From NCBI GenBank assembly GCA_951406725.2, contig OX597815.1, positions 135,408,001-135,472,000 of the forward strand: a stretch of DNA of 64,000 nt. Reading direction: 5' to 3'. A model generated the notes under the pieces. It had not been told where the DNA came from. It worked only from the letters and a program-made list of their open reading frames with translations, and searched no databases. This document shows positions 24,524 through 38,829 of the stretch, in pieces. Every line of letters begins with the position of its first letter. The first letter of the stretch is position 1. A program made the translations under genes and the position numbers. The stretch comes from Octopus vulgaris. Its lineage: Eukaryota.

Positions 24524-25443
24524 TATATACACATATACATATATACACATATATACACATATATATATACACATATATATATACACATATATATATATAC
24601 ACATATACATATATACACATATACATATATACACATATATATATACACATATATATACACATATATATATATACACATATATATATACACATATATATAT
24701 ATACACATATATATATACACACATATATATACACATATATATATACATATACATATATATATATACACACACACATATATATATACATATACATATATAT
24801 ATATACACATATACATATATATATATACACATATACATATATATATATCATATACATATATATATATATCATATACATATATATATATATGCATATACAT
24901 ATATACGCATATACATATATATGCATATACATATATACGCATATACATATATATATATATGCATATACATATATACGCATATACATATATACGCATATAC
25001 ATATATATATATGCATATACATATATATATATGCATATACATATATATATATATGCATATACATATATATGCATATACATATATATATATATGCATATAC
25101 ATATATATATATATGCATATACATATATATATATATGCATATACATATATATATATATGCATATACATATATATATATATATATATACCATATACATATA
25201 TATATATATACACACATATACATATATATACACATATACATATATATATATATACACATATACATATATATATATATACACATATACATATATATATATA
25301 TATACACACATATACATATATATATACACATATACATATATATATATACGCATATACATATATACACATATACATATACACATATACATATACACATATA
25401 CATATACACACATATATATATATATATATACATATATATATAC

Positions 25444-25475
<32 letters not shown>

Positions 25476-25515
25476 ACACATATACATATACATATATATA
25501 TGTATGTATATATAT
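24083..25515. repeat. 1.4 kb compound (TA)n-based satellite (TACA, CACATA, TGCATA variants)
   Basis: Directly visible; generates the 533/490/465-aa pseudo-ORFs. Confidence 0.97.
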
Positions 25516-28241
25516 GATAAATGTTGCCTCATTTTTGTCATTAAAGTTTATATCAGCGATGATGGAACACTTGTTGCTTTCAGGAGACTAAGTATGGAAC
25601 TTCCAACCGTTTCCCACAAACATTAAATGTAAGTAAAACGAAACAGTCATCTTAAAACTGAATTGAGGTCACAAGTTTGATCTGTCAGTTGATTACTGCT
25701 TAGTCAATATCACTTACCCAAGCATAAAATACAAACATTAAATGTTTGACTACGTATTTCAGAAATGTGTGATGTGTGAAATAAAGAAATGTTCAGTTTC
25801 ATTTGTATCGTGTAACCTCAATATAGAAGCAAGGAGGCCAAGAGTGTAAAGTACCAAGTAACTCATAGCAAATATGATGACTTGAAATTCACTGCAACCA
25901 TCCGGTAGTTTTATTTTGCAGTATACTTATACTACTTTCTCTCAGCTCTCTTAGTTGCATGCTATAGGTACCCAATCACCTGATATTACCTGAAATAGAA
26001 TAGTATCTCTCTTATCCAAGGGGAGATTTGTTTTTTCATCTGCTTACTACCATGACACTAGGACTAAACACTGGTCTTTAAAAGTTTAGATAACATTTAC
26101 TTTTTTTATTGCAACTTACAATGTTACTACTAGTGGCTTTTAGATAGTCACTGAACTTGCTAAAAATAGAAGCCTAATCTTGCTTAAAAGAACAGACACA
26201 ATGGGAAAAGACTGATAGCCTTTCTACTCTTTCATTGCTAGGATACTTTTAATCACAGGCCAGCTCAATCAGGATTTACTTGGGACTAAGCAACAAAAAT
26301 CCAACAGTATTAAGAGCCAACAAAGAAATTTATGCATGGGTATTCAACTTGCTAGATAAGGTGTCCATATTTTTCTCAATACAATACAATCTTTAAAAAA
26401 AGAAAGCTACATTGAATAACGTAGTCTTAGATACACCATAGTTGACTAAAATGAGGTGGTTATGGGTGAAACACCTTTGATCATAGATCTACCTGTGTGA
26501 TAGACTTAATCTGTCAGTTGGTTTAACACCACTATTTGGTTCTTTGTTCTTTTAGCTGAAGTTAACTCACTTTTAAGCTTTGAGTCTGAAAATAACTTTC
26601 TCTAAGTGTTCTCAAAAGTCCTGGAAAGAGTCATGAGCACTGCATTTCCCCCCTCTGATTAAACCTTAAAAAATACACACAGAAGTGATATGAAACTAAT
26701 CAACTATTACTAATACTAAAACATTAGTTTTCCACCAATTGCTCTCTGTACACAAAGTTTGAAATTCTTACAGTTAACTTTCTTTGTCAAACCTTAGTTC
26801 CTTCACTCTTTTCCAGCTTCAGAAGTTGCAGGATAATGTTCATCCTATATACACTACGTTTAGATTTCCCAAAGAGAGCTAACCATTTTCTTTGGCTATC
26901 AGTCACTTTTGTGCATTGCCAATAACCAAACTAATGAACTACTCAACACCAAATAGTAAAAAGATGGGCTGAGTTTAAATACAACATTACAATTTCTTAA
27001 AACAATTAATCAATCAATTATACATAGTCCACACATCTCACAGCATTAAACTATAACTTCATCATGGTAATTATTTACTGCATTAGAGATTGGATTAAAC
27101 AACTTTGGCAAGCCATGAATAAAATACAGTGCTACTGACAGGATGCAACCAGTGTTGACCTTGTTAACACCTTATCAATATGACTAGTGGTAAATATTAC
27201 AAGGTTCTTGTGAACAGTGACGACAAGAGACCAGTCCAAATCAAGTCTATGAAATTTGTATCTTCCTGGTGTGTACTATGAGAGAACAAGATAACCAGGT
27301 GGGAGGTCAACAATTCATATCTTGTCCTTGATACTACTTTATGTCTATGGAAAAAGAATGGTATTTATTTCTTTAAACCTAAATTTAACTAGATATAGAT
27401 AAAGTTTAGTACTACTTTGACATGTGATCTACAAAGTAAAGGGCTATTACTTTAGGTTACCTTTCTTAAAACCCCTTAAAATGTTCTTGCATTTCTAGTA
27501 GATATTCACTCAATTCATTGATAAAATTATTCAAATTTGTATTTCATTTTTATTATCAAATTGCCATTCAAATTTTTTACAAATTCTATTGTACATACTT
27601 AGCATTGTAAATGCATTTTTTCAAAATTCTTACTATTTTAATAATAATAAAACCATGTTTCATTTATGTCTTAGTAAATAATAAGTAGAAATCAAGAATA
27701 AACAACATAATAATTAAAATAAGCACGTAGATCACACAGGTTTGGTGTCTCATTGCTGATCACACTGTAAAAATTTTTAGCCAACATCTTAAGGGCTTTT
27801 AGAAATTGAAAAGTAACCTAAAGTAATCTCCCTTTAAATTGTAGATCACATGCCAAAGTAATACCTAAAGTTCTTAGAGAAATACAGTTCAGTAATATGG
27901 GGTCCCAGAGGCTGTAATGGCAAGAAACATTCAAGAGTGTATAGAAGCCCATAAATAGCACACAAAAGGCTTGGAATGAACAGCCACAATCTTGAGTGCA
28001 GGAGTACAACTTCTTTCTAACACCACTACTATATCCTTCATTATGATTATTATAACTAATGTGAAATATATCATTACAAAGTTCTTGTTGTTGTTTCTGT
28101 ACCTATGTCTTCCTACACACACACACATACACGCTCTCCATACAACGACAAAACCATCATCACACAAAGAACAACAATCACATGGAAACCCCCAACTCAC
28201 AATCAGCCAGCAATAAAAAAAAAAAACTACCAAAATATATA

Positions 28242-28281
<40 letters not shown>

Positions 28282-28826
28282 TGTTTGCATATATGTGTGT
28301 GTGTATATATATATATATACACACACACACACATATATATATATATATGTATGTATAAACATGTATATATATATATTAGGGTGTGTGTGTATGTGTTCAC
28401 ACACACGCACACACACACACATACATACACACACACTGTACTCCTTATCATGAGACTTACAAGCAATAACCAGGTGAACTTTATCTTTTTGTCATGAAGT
28501 GTATTTTAGAATCTGCTGAAACCATATTAGATTAAAATCAATATTCTGCAGTGGGATGGGACACAGTGAGTAGTTAAAGGTCACAAAAACTAGGCTCATG
28601 AAAATGTCCCAAGTCCATGTTATGCTTATTTAAAATCAAGGGCAATGAAGAACTTGGTTTTCACAGGTAAAAATCTCTCTTGGAAAGTATCCAACAATGA
28701 TCAGCCATAAGGGCAAAAAATTTTAGGGATCACATACAGTCAATTGCACTAAGCTCATAACTTATCAATCTCACAGAGAGATGAGAAGCAAAAACCAACT
28801 CAAATTTGACTTAAACTCAGAATATG

Positions 28827-29060
28827 TATTTCTTTACTACCCACGAGGGGCTAAGCACAGAGGGGACAAACAAGGATAGACAAAGGGATTAAGTCGATTA
28901 CATCAACCCCAGTGCGAAACTGGTACTTTATTTATCGACCCTGAAAGGATGAAAGGCAAAGTCGACTTCGGCGGAATTTGAACTCAGAACATAACGACAG
29001 ACGAAATACAGCTAAGCATTTCGCCCGGCGTGCTAACGTTTCTGCCAGCTCGCCGCCTTA
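28827..29060 (-). mobile_element. Full-length family-A SINE with 9-bp TSD
   Basis: CAGAATATG at 28818-28826 and 29061-29069. Confidence 0.92.
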
Positions 29061-29093
29061 CAGAATATGAGAGCAAGACTGCTAGACATTTAA

Positions 29094-29298
29094 TCCTTTA
29101 GTATTCATTAGGTCCAGATATTCTGCCAGTTTTATGTTCAAACTGGAGAGATTGGGCCTCTCACACCTACCCTATGATGTCATTCTAAAAAATAAACAAT
29201 CACATCATTAAAATCTCAAAGCCATGAGATAATGTATGATTATTTCAAAACAATGTGAATAGCATTACATTCGAGAGAGTAATCTGAATGCTAAAGGG
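29094..29298. mobile_element. piggyBac-type MITE
   Basis: TTAA-TCCTTTAGTATTCA ... TGAATGCTAAAGGG-TTAA. Confidence 0.75.
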
Positions 29299-32200
29299 TT
29301 AATCCAAATCTAATCCATTTTTTGTCACTCCTTTCCCTTTTCTAATAATAATCATTATAAAAAGGATTTGTAAGTTTAGAGCAATAATTACATACATGTT
29401 GTGGACTTGTACTTATTTTATCAATCTGCCACTTGGATGAAAGGCAACCTTGGCCTAATGGGATTTGAACTCTAAACATAAAGATCTAAAACTAAATACT
29501 GTAAAGAATGTAGTCTAATACTCTAGACTTTCTGCAATATTTTCGTTCTTAATTATATGAACATGACAAAAGAAATATGCAGGCATATGAGCATTAGCAA
29601 GATGTTTCAAGAGTTCTTTGTTTCCTTTACTTAAACATTTATCATATATATATAAATTTTTTCATATATATATATATATGTACATATACATATATGTGCA
29701 AATGCGCAAAAACACACACACACGACTCTGCCAAAACATTTACCAGCTCAAGTAGCAAAACTGCTTGTTACCCTTTTACTTGTCTAGCTGTCTGTGTGTA
29801 CCAGTGCTTCTTCTGTCTAATCATAGACCTGCCCCATCTGACAAATGATCTACTTGAATAATCTGTTATCTACCTGTCTATCAACCTAGCTAACCAATCT
29901 TCCTAGCCATTTTTTTCTATCTATCATCTGTTAGTTCAGTCACTCTTTCTACAAACTTAAACATCTCTGACTTGCCTAACCATTTATTTGATTGTCTAGT
30001 GCCTGTCTGATCATTTGTCTTACTAGGGTGAAGAATGGGCGATGTGAGCTGAGTGAAGATGTATTAGGAGATGATAGTAGATGTTAGCTGAAACTGATAG
30101 ATTTTGTGCTTCATTTATGATTATGTATTAAGAATGGGTAAAAACTAGTTGGTCAATACATTCAATATGAAACCACTGGATGTTTACTTGAATGTCTACT
30201 TTCAAGCAGTGTTGGGATTTAGAGAAGTCGAATTTAAATGGGTTTATCATCAAAAAACATTCTATCCATAATCGTTTTTTGAGAGGAGGTATCTTGGACT
30301 ACATTAACAAATAAGACCCTTGTTGGTGATTAGATGCCAGCTGAATGAGACTTGGCTGCTATTGCTAGCAGGTTGAGCAACCTAGTAAAGATACCTACAT
30401 TTGCTTGCCTTCAAACATTGCTTCCCTCCCAGATCTTTTCGTCACACCAGTCTTCACTAATTTTCCTTCATTACAATAAACTATAGTGTTTATGTGAGGA
30501 GAGAGAGAGGGAGAGGAGGAGAGAGAGGGAGAGGAGGAGAGAGAGAGGAGAGCGAGGGGAGGTAGACAGACAGACAGGCATGCAGAGGTAGTTGTTACAT
30601 AGATACTTGACTTGCTCACTATAGCAACCAAATCTCTTTTTAAAAAAACTGTATGTTCCTTTCAATACCAATCCACCTGAAATCCCCTCCTGCTTCAATG
30701 ATACAAAACCTCACATTTCAAAGTATTCACATTTAATTAAACCCCCTCATCATGACTCTTAATAAGAACTTTTAGTTAAGATAGATTCCAAATACCTTAT
30801 AGTTAGATATCAATTAAGTTCCTCCAAATTTGGATTATTTTCTTTAGAAATACCATCACAAAAAGTTTTTAAGTCCAAAATTTTGGAAGAAGATCTCTTT
30901 ATATTAGAATGTAGAATGGCTACAAATATAAAAACTAATGGAATCTTTTACTCAATCAGCTACATTATCAGAGCTTTCCAACAATTTTACTTCTTCCAAA
31001 GTGCCTAGCTGGTTTCTGCTTTAACTCCTTTTCTCAGCAATATATATATATAATATCAAGCTAAGTATCTATAATGGTTAAGTCTAGCAACATAAAGAGT
31101 TTATTTTTCTACTGTTTACAGTTTCACATCCATTTTCTATTCTCTAATGGGTAGGATGTACTTCATTTTTTTTTTGTTGCAAATTTATACAATACTCAAT
31201 CATACCTACATTTACATATTCCCAAACAACTGTCAGTTTTTACAGTTTAATATCCTATTTTGTGATGATAACTACACAACTGTGAAATAGAAATGGTGTA
31301 ACTTACTTCAGCAGTCAAATAAAATGTTATGTTACTTAACCAATGCTACAACATGATAGCTATAGTAAAATTAAGATTTGAACTCATAACCATGTTTTCA
31401 GCAGCTTAGCACTTACAGCACAGAGCCATTAAACTTCATTATAAGAACTGCTATTCACAGTTTATTTATAGACTCACTCAGGTATTAAAGGATAAGAAAA
31501 TATTTTCCAAAATTTTAACATTTATTTTCATTGTCAAAGTATTTAGAAATAGCTCAATGTAAGTCCAGAGTTCAATTCATTATATTATGAGGTACTTACT
31601 TAATCAATGTTCCTGGTTTACATTATAGGTGGCAATATAACCCACAAAAATTCAGTCTTACATTTAGATAGCTAACCAGCATCATCCAAAGTCATCATCT
31701 CACATTTAAACATCTGGTTTGTTTTCTAAGGATTGATGTCCTTCCTAACACCAACCACTTTATAGGTTATACTAAGTGCATTTTCTACAGCCAGGAAAAA
31801 TTGCAAACCCATAGTTATATGTGCAAGAACTGGAAATCATGAAAATACTGATCCTATAAAAGATTTTTTTTTTCCAGTTATTTGGATTGTTGGTCCTAGC
31901 TATGATCCTCTCATTGTGTCAAGTTCACTGCTTAAAAGAAAAATCTCCAAGTCCTACACTGAGAATATTGCCTCTGTGCAGCAGTTGAATTACTAGAAGA
32001 GAATTGAAAGATTAAGACCAACTGGAGCAAAGAAGTAAAATATATTTAGTAACAAACGAGCAGTAATTTATATTTGGAAAATACTGGAAGGACTTTGTGG
32101 ACTAGGAGTTATGAAAATCATTAAACAAGATGCCTTGACATGGTGCCAAGAGTTTTGTCTCAAGGTAAGATACTGCAATAGCTTAGAATTCAAAGAAACA

Positions 32201-32842
32201 CAGCTCTTCAAAAGCATCTTTCAAAACACAAGCTATCTACATAAAATAAATGTCTACAAATTCAAACACTGTGTTGTAAATACTGTGTGAGATCTCAGAT
32301 GAAGCTGGATATAGTAAGAATCACACATGAGGACAGCAATAACAAACACCCCTATTTAACAGAATAGACACAAAATGAAGGCTTTGGTAATGTTAACAAC
32401 AGCACTAGATACAACACTCAACTTACAGTAAACAGGGTGGGTCAACAAATATATAGAGGGATAGACAGACAATGAGAAAATGAGAGAGAGAGATATTACT
32501 CCACTTAGCTACCCATCTCATTTTTCGTTACAACAGTATTATAGCAAAACAACATTTCTTGGTGAGATTCTGCAACTAGAGGATCTTGACACAGTGAGTA
32601 GTTACCACCACAGGTAATACTTTTCAGAGACGAACATTAGAATTTATAGTAAGCATATTAAAGTACAGCTTAACTGCACTTTTCAGTATACTATTTCACC
32701 TTTTCACTAACCTGAAGATGTTTGTTGACTTATGTTTCAGATAAAATTCTTACATATGCATAATTCTTTAAACTATATATGTGAGTGTGCACGAGTACAT
32801 TTGAGAATGTGTAAACAGGTGTACACATACAGTGTGTGCTTA

Positions 32843-33583
32843 TCATCATCATCATAGTTTAACGTTCGTTTTCCATGCTAGCATGGGTTGGATGGTTCGA
32901 CCGGGGTCTGGGAAGCCAGGAAGCTGCACCAGGCTCCAGTCTGATCTGGCAGTGTTTCTACAGCTGGATGCCCTTCCTAACGCCAACCACTCCATGAGTG
33001 TAGTGGGTGCTTTTTACGTGCCACCGGCACACAGGGCCAGTGGAGGCTGGCATCGGCCACATTCGGTCTCCTCAAGCACAGCAGGTCACCCTACGATCCA
33101 AGGTAAGCACAACAGGCTGACCTGCGATCCAAGGTGAGCACAGCAGGCTGACCTGCGATCCAAGGTACCTTGAATGGACTGGGGCTGGTTGTGTAAGCTG
33201 GTGTAGGATACAGCTATGAACTCACTTTATTTGTCGGGTCTTCGCAGTCACAGCATTTCTCCAGAGGTCTCAGTCTTTCGTCATTGCCTCTGTGAGGCCC
33301 AACATTCGAAGGTCATGCTTGACCACCTCAACCCATGTCTTCCTGGGTCTACCTCTACCCCGGATTCCTTCAACTGTTTGGGAGTGGCACTATTCTTCAC
33401 ACATCTCTCCTCATCCATCCGTAGTACATGACCATACAGCGCAAACATCTCTCTTGCACACCACATCCAATGCTCCTTTTATCCAACATTTCTCTCAGGG
33501 TGCTTACACTCTGTCGTGCGTGCACACTGACATTACACATCCAGCAGATCATTCTAGCTTTATTTCTTTCGAGTCTATGCATG
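32843..33583 (-). mobile_element. 5'-truncated RTE LINE 3' end: ORF C-terminus, 3x31-bp repeat, E module, (GAT)n
   Basis: RLERNKARMICWMCNV, LYGHVLRMDEERCVK, TEAMTKD*DLWRNAV in shifting frames, continuing directly into the E module. Confidence 0.9.
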
Positions 33584-33893
33584 TCAAAAAGGATAACAGG
33601 CATTCGAACTCAGAATGTAGAGTGGGACAAAATGCCTAGTGACATTTTGTCTGGCATGCTAACAATTCTGCCAGCTTGTCACCTTAATAATAATAATAAT
33701 GATATATACATAGATACACACATATAGACACACACACATGAAGTAGAAGGTTGTAATTATGCTACAACCTCTAAAATAGAAAACACTGGGCATAGATTAT
33801 TTCTAGAGTAGAAATTTATTGTAGAAATTGGACAGTCCAATGATGCACAGTCATCAGTCATCTCATCTTGGTTAAAGTGAATATACAACTTAA

Positions 33894-34115
33894 CCTTTTC
33901 GTTACCGTATTTCTGTTGAGGTGCTCTGTGTTTCTTTCAATTAATTTTAAATATAACAAAGAATTTAGTAAAATAACTAAGTTATTATTAAGCTAGTGTC
34001 AGGAACATAAATTGTGACTAAGGTCTGGTGGAAGATTTTAATTCAAAACTTATGAAAACAAGACATTTGTACTATAGGGCCAGAGTCAGTTTCAGCCAGG
34101 TTGGTATCGAAAGGG
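33894..34115. mobile_element. piggyBac-type MITE (interior differs from 29094-29298)
   Basis: TTAA-CCTTTTCGTTACC ... GGTATCGAAAGGG-TTAA. Confidence 0.8.
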
Positions 34116-34489
34116 TTAAGCAAAATTCTCAATAATTCTTTTCCACTGAACATTCTGGCCAACAGTAAACAAATACAATGGAAAAAGGGACAACACTTTC
34201 CATACACTCTTCTAATGTCTATCCACCACCCTTCCAGTTCTTCTGTACTCTCTTATTCACCTTGTAGCTTGAAAGCTTAGGCTGCCATCTCATCACCACC
34301 ATGTTTATCTCTCCATCTTCACTCTGATTGAATACTCTTATATAAAGTGAATTACTATGTACCACACAAATACCATGAAACCTCTTTAAGCTGTATCACA
34401 TAGCATAAAACAGCTTCCCTTCTCTACTGTGGTCCTACTCAGTTCAATGGGAGCTTAGTCTTGTAATCTAAATGACCTTATTGGTGGCT

Positions 34490-34675
34490 TCATATAAAAA
34501 GCATCTTGCACACTCTGACAAATGGTTGGCATTAGGAAAGACATCCAGCTGTCGAAACAAGGCCAAAATAGATGATGGAACCTGGTGCAGCCCCTGGCCT
34601 TGCCAGCTTGTGTCAAGCCATCTAACCCATGCCAACATGGAAAATGGACATTGAATGATGATGATGATGATGATG
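34490..34675 (+). mobile_element. RTE E module with (GAT)n tail
   Basis: GGTTGGCATTAGGAAAGACATCCAGC...ATGGAAAATGGACATTGAAT(GAT)n. Confidence 0.72.
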
Positions 34676-34719
34676 AAACGTACATATATGCAAAGACATT
34701 GCAATAGAAAATGGATATC

Positions 34720-34774
<55 letters not shown>

Positions 34775-34857
34775 CATACACATCCTCATGATCATTTAAC
34801 ATACCTCTTCCATGTGGACAGTAGATGCTGATATTGATGTATATAAGTAACATACAT

Positions 34858-34888
<31 letters not shown>

Positions 34889-34924
34889 TATATGTATATG
34901 TATATATATACATATGTATATATG

Positions 34925-35845
34925 TTTGGATGGTGATTTTTACGTGCCACAGGCACTAGAGCCAGTCAGGCAACACTGGCATTGACTACGTTTGGAAAAT
35001 TCATTTTACATGCCACTGGAATGGGAGCCAGTCAAGGGGCACTGGCTACAGCTGCGATTTTGGTTTTACTTGACTCAACAGGTCTTCTGAAGCATATCAT
35101 AACACCCTATGCATCAAGGATACTTTTAAATGGGCCAGACATACAACACTGGCATTAGCCATGGCTGCAATCTGACTTTAGATGCTGAGTCTTCTCAATC
35201 ACAGCATATCTCCAAAGGTCTCTGTCTCCTGTCATTGCCTCTGTGAGGCCTCATGTTCAAAGGTCATGCTTCACCATCTCATCCCTTGACTTCCTGGATC
35301 TACCTCTTCCACAGGTTCCTTCCAGAGTTAGGGAGTGGCACTTCCTCACACAGCTGTCCTCATCCATATGTAACACATGACAATACCAGTGCAGTTGTCT
35401 CTCTTGCACACCACATTTGATGCTTCTTATGCCCAACTTTTCTCTCGAGGTGCTTACACTCTGTTGTGTATGCACACCGACATTACACATCCAGCAGATC
35501 ATACTATGGTCATCATCATCATTTAGCATATGTTGTCCATGCTGGCATGGGTTGGCCGGTTTGACCAGGGCTAGCAAGCTAGTATGCTGCTTTTATGTGC
35601 CATGGGCACAGAGGCCATTTGCATGACATCGGTATCTGCCACAACTTGATCTGGCAGAGTTTCTACAGCTGGATGCCCTTCTTAATGCTAACCACTCCGA
35701 GAGTGGAGTGGGTGCTTTTATGTGCCACCGGAACGAGGGCCAGTCAGGCGGTACTGGCAACAGCCATGCTCAAATGGTGTTTTTTACATGTCACCTGCAC
35801 AGGAGCCAGTCCAGCGGCACTGGCAACAACCTCGTTCGAATGTTT
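34925..35845 (-). mobile_element. RTE 3' fragment (34925-35505) plus a second E module with tandem units (35508-35845)
   Basis: MICWMCNVGVH...LHWYCHVLHMDEDSCVRKC...GTCGRGRSRK; GAGCCAGTC...ACTGGC units on both sides. Confidence 0.82.
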
Positions 35846-35952
35846 GGTATTTTACAATACAATGTTCCATATAATATATTCATTGAAGGATTATCTCTTC
35901 AAAATTTAATATAGCAAGCCAGTGTATCATGGATAAATGTCTTCATTGTGAC

Positions 35953-36009
<57 letters not shown>

Positions 36010-36012
<3 letters not shown>

Positions 36013-36098
36013 AGAGAGAGAGAGACAGACAGACAGATGATTGATAGATAGATAGATAATTAGACAGACAGACGATTGATAGATAGATAGATACATAG

Positions 36099-36135
<37 letters not shown>

Positions 36136-36187
36136 CATAGATAGATAGATAGATAGGTAGACAGACGATTGATAGATAGATACATAG

Positions 36188-36234
<47 letters not shown>

Positions 36235-36251
36235 CAGGCAGACAGACGATT

Positions 36252-36287
<36 letters not shown>

Positions 36288-36321
36288 CATAGAGATAAAT
36301 AGATAGATAGATAGATAGATG

Positions 36322-36352
<31 letters not shown>

Positions 36353-36374
36353 CGATTGATAGATACATACATAG

Positions 36375-36425
<51 letters not shown>

Positions 36426-36469
36426 CAGACGATTGATAGATACATAGATAGATAGATAGACAGACATAC

Positions 36470-36507
<38 letters not shown>

Positions 36508-36537
36508 CAGACAGACGATTGATAGATACATACATAG

Positions 36538-36596
<59 letters not shown>

Positions 36597-36630
36597 CAGG
36601 CAGACAGACGATTGATAGATAGATACATAG

Positions 36631-36696
<66 letters not shown>
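36010..36696. repeat. (GATA)n satellite with a recurring higher-order interruption
   Basis: GACGATTGATAG and GATACATAGAGATAG recur every about 75-105 bp. Confidence 0.95.
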
Positions 36697-36697
<1 letters not shown>

Positions 36698-37886
36698 GGA
36701 CAGACTGAGTAAAACAATGAACGAGCCTATTATGATTACGAGAAACAGCTGTAAGCTAAATTTACTACAATAAAAGAATATGTAATGACTGTTATTTTTA
36801 CCTTGTCTTATACTTGTATAACACGTTTATACAAACATACACACACACACATACATATATATACATACATACATATATATATACACACACATATATATAT
36901 ATATATATACACACACATATATATTCTCATACACATACAAAACATTTTTCACATATATATGCTAATGGAGAGAGAGAGAAAGAGAGAGAAGAGGAGTAAA
37001 GAAGCCTTTGTAGTCGTATTAACGTAATATAAAAGTGCAGGTTAGCACAGTTAACTATTCTACACGTTAAGATAAACCTCGATTCAGGAGAGGAAGTGTG
37101 TGTGTGTGTCAGAGAAAGAGAGAGAATGGAGAAAAATAGAGAGAGGGAGAGAGAGAATGGAGAAAAATAGAGAGAGAAAGGGAGAGAGAAACAGAGAAAG
37201 AGAGCGCCTACTCGCAAAAGCAGTGTTAACCCATTACAAGTAAAACAGAAATGGGAAAATACTTCGATAAAAATGTCATAAATGTTAAAAGAAAAAAAAA
37301 GAAAAATAAATAAAACCAAAGCAAGAAACATTGACGAGAAATAATCGTGTAATCTAAACAATATGCACCACACACACACATACACATACATACACACATA
37401 CACACACACACACGCACCGTGCTATTACGACGATATTTTCCTTGTCACAGAAACAGACACACAAGCGCGCGCGTGCGTAGTAGAGTTGAAAATATTAATA
37501 GACGTTATTACTTTTTCTTTTTTTTTTTTCATTCAGCTGCTGCAGTTGTACCTTTGTTGTTGCTGCTAATACTAAGTGGTGCAATAGTAGGCTGACTATT
37601 ACGTAGTATGCAATAACCTCGTTGCATAAATTGCACTAGTTTCGGTTTTTCTCTCCGTCTTTTTCCTTTTGACATTACTGAAACACACCCACTCTGATAT
37701 ACATACACCCGGTTGTACTTTTAACTTAACAAGCGAACGTGAAATGGTTAACATATTCGTACTTATATATATCTATAACATATGCATGTATCTCTCTCTC
37801 TCTCTCTCTCTCTATTTCTTTCTTTTTGTTTGTCTCTCTCTCTCTCTCTCTCTTTCTCTTTCTTTCTCTGCACACACAACCTACAC

Positions 37887-38138
37887 CACTGGTTCACAAT
37901 CGGGTTCCATGTGACGACCCTAGGGGTCCATATAAGATGTTAAAATTTATGTATAATAAATTGTTTATACTTCTACAATAGACAAAACATTTAAACGGTG
38001 TTTTTTTTTATTATTCAATTCCCTATATTCAATTATAAAGATATGATAGTACTTTTTACACATTTAATGGCTATGGGAGGCCACCCGAGTAAAACATGAA
38101 TCAAACGGGTCCATAGGTAAAAATAGTTGAAACCACAG
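37887..38138. mobile_element. Degenerate hAT (Charlie-like) MITE
   Basis: Ends CACTGGTTCACAA / AGTTGAAACCACAG resemble CAGTGGTTC..AAC TIRs; subterminal GGGTCCAT motifs; no clear TSD. Confidence 0.45.
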
Positions 38139-38203
38139 ACAGACAGACAGATATTACTCATTATTCACACACACACACACACACACATATATATGTATAT
38201 ATA

Positions 38204-38348
38204 TATTTCTTTATTGCCCACAGGGGGCTAAACATAGAGGGGACAAACAAGGACAAAGGGATTAAGTAGATTACATCGACACCAGTGCATAACTGGTACT
38301 TATTTAATCACCCCGAAAGGATGTAAGGCAAAGTCGACCTCGGCGGAA
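38204..38348 (-). mobile_element. 5'-truncated family-A SINE in (TA)n
   Basis: TTTCTTTATTGCCCACAGGGGGCTAAAC...GTCGACCTCGGCGGAA. Confidence 0.85.
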
Positions 38349-38829
38349 TATATATATACATATATATTACACACAAAAATATATTGAAGTAGATGTTCAC
38401 ATATTACATACACATGTGACATAATGTAGGAGGGCTGTGCGCGCGTGTGCATATGTGTGAGCGTGTGTGAAATGAATATAGGAGAGAGAGAGAGAGAAAG
38501 AAGGGATGAATTTTTAAATAAAACGAAACTGCAAAACTCTCAGTCCTAATTACAATGTGAATCTTTGAAAATGACGGCTCGCCGTTTTACGGTGGTGTTT
38601 CCCCCTCTTTGTATTTGTAAGCACTTTTTCTTTTGTCTGTTAGCTGACATATAATAGTAAATATGTTTACTTCGGAACAAAGTGGAAATTTATGAACACG
38701 TGTACCTCGGTCGACATTTTAATTACATAAATTAGAAACATATACATTACTGGAACGAAAAACCGTGACCTAATTCTAAAACATCCATTACATAATATGA
38801 GGCTTGTTTATGAAAGCGTAAACAATTTA

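Noticed and set aside
23990-25626. Very long ORFs (533, 490, 465 aa)
   Set aside because: Y/I/H/T/C/M/V strings translated from a microsatellite lacking stop codons; the same applies to ORFs at 4934-5646, 28105-28497 and 35899-36717.
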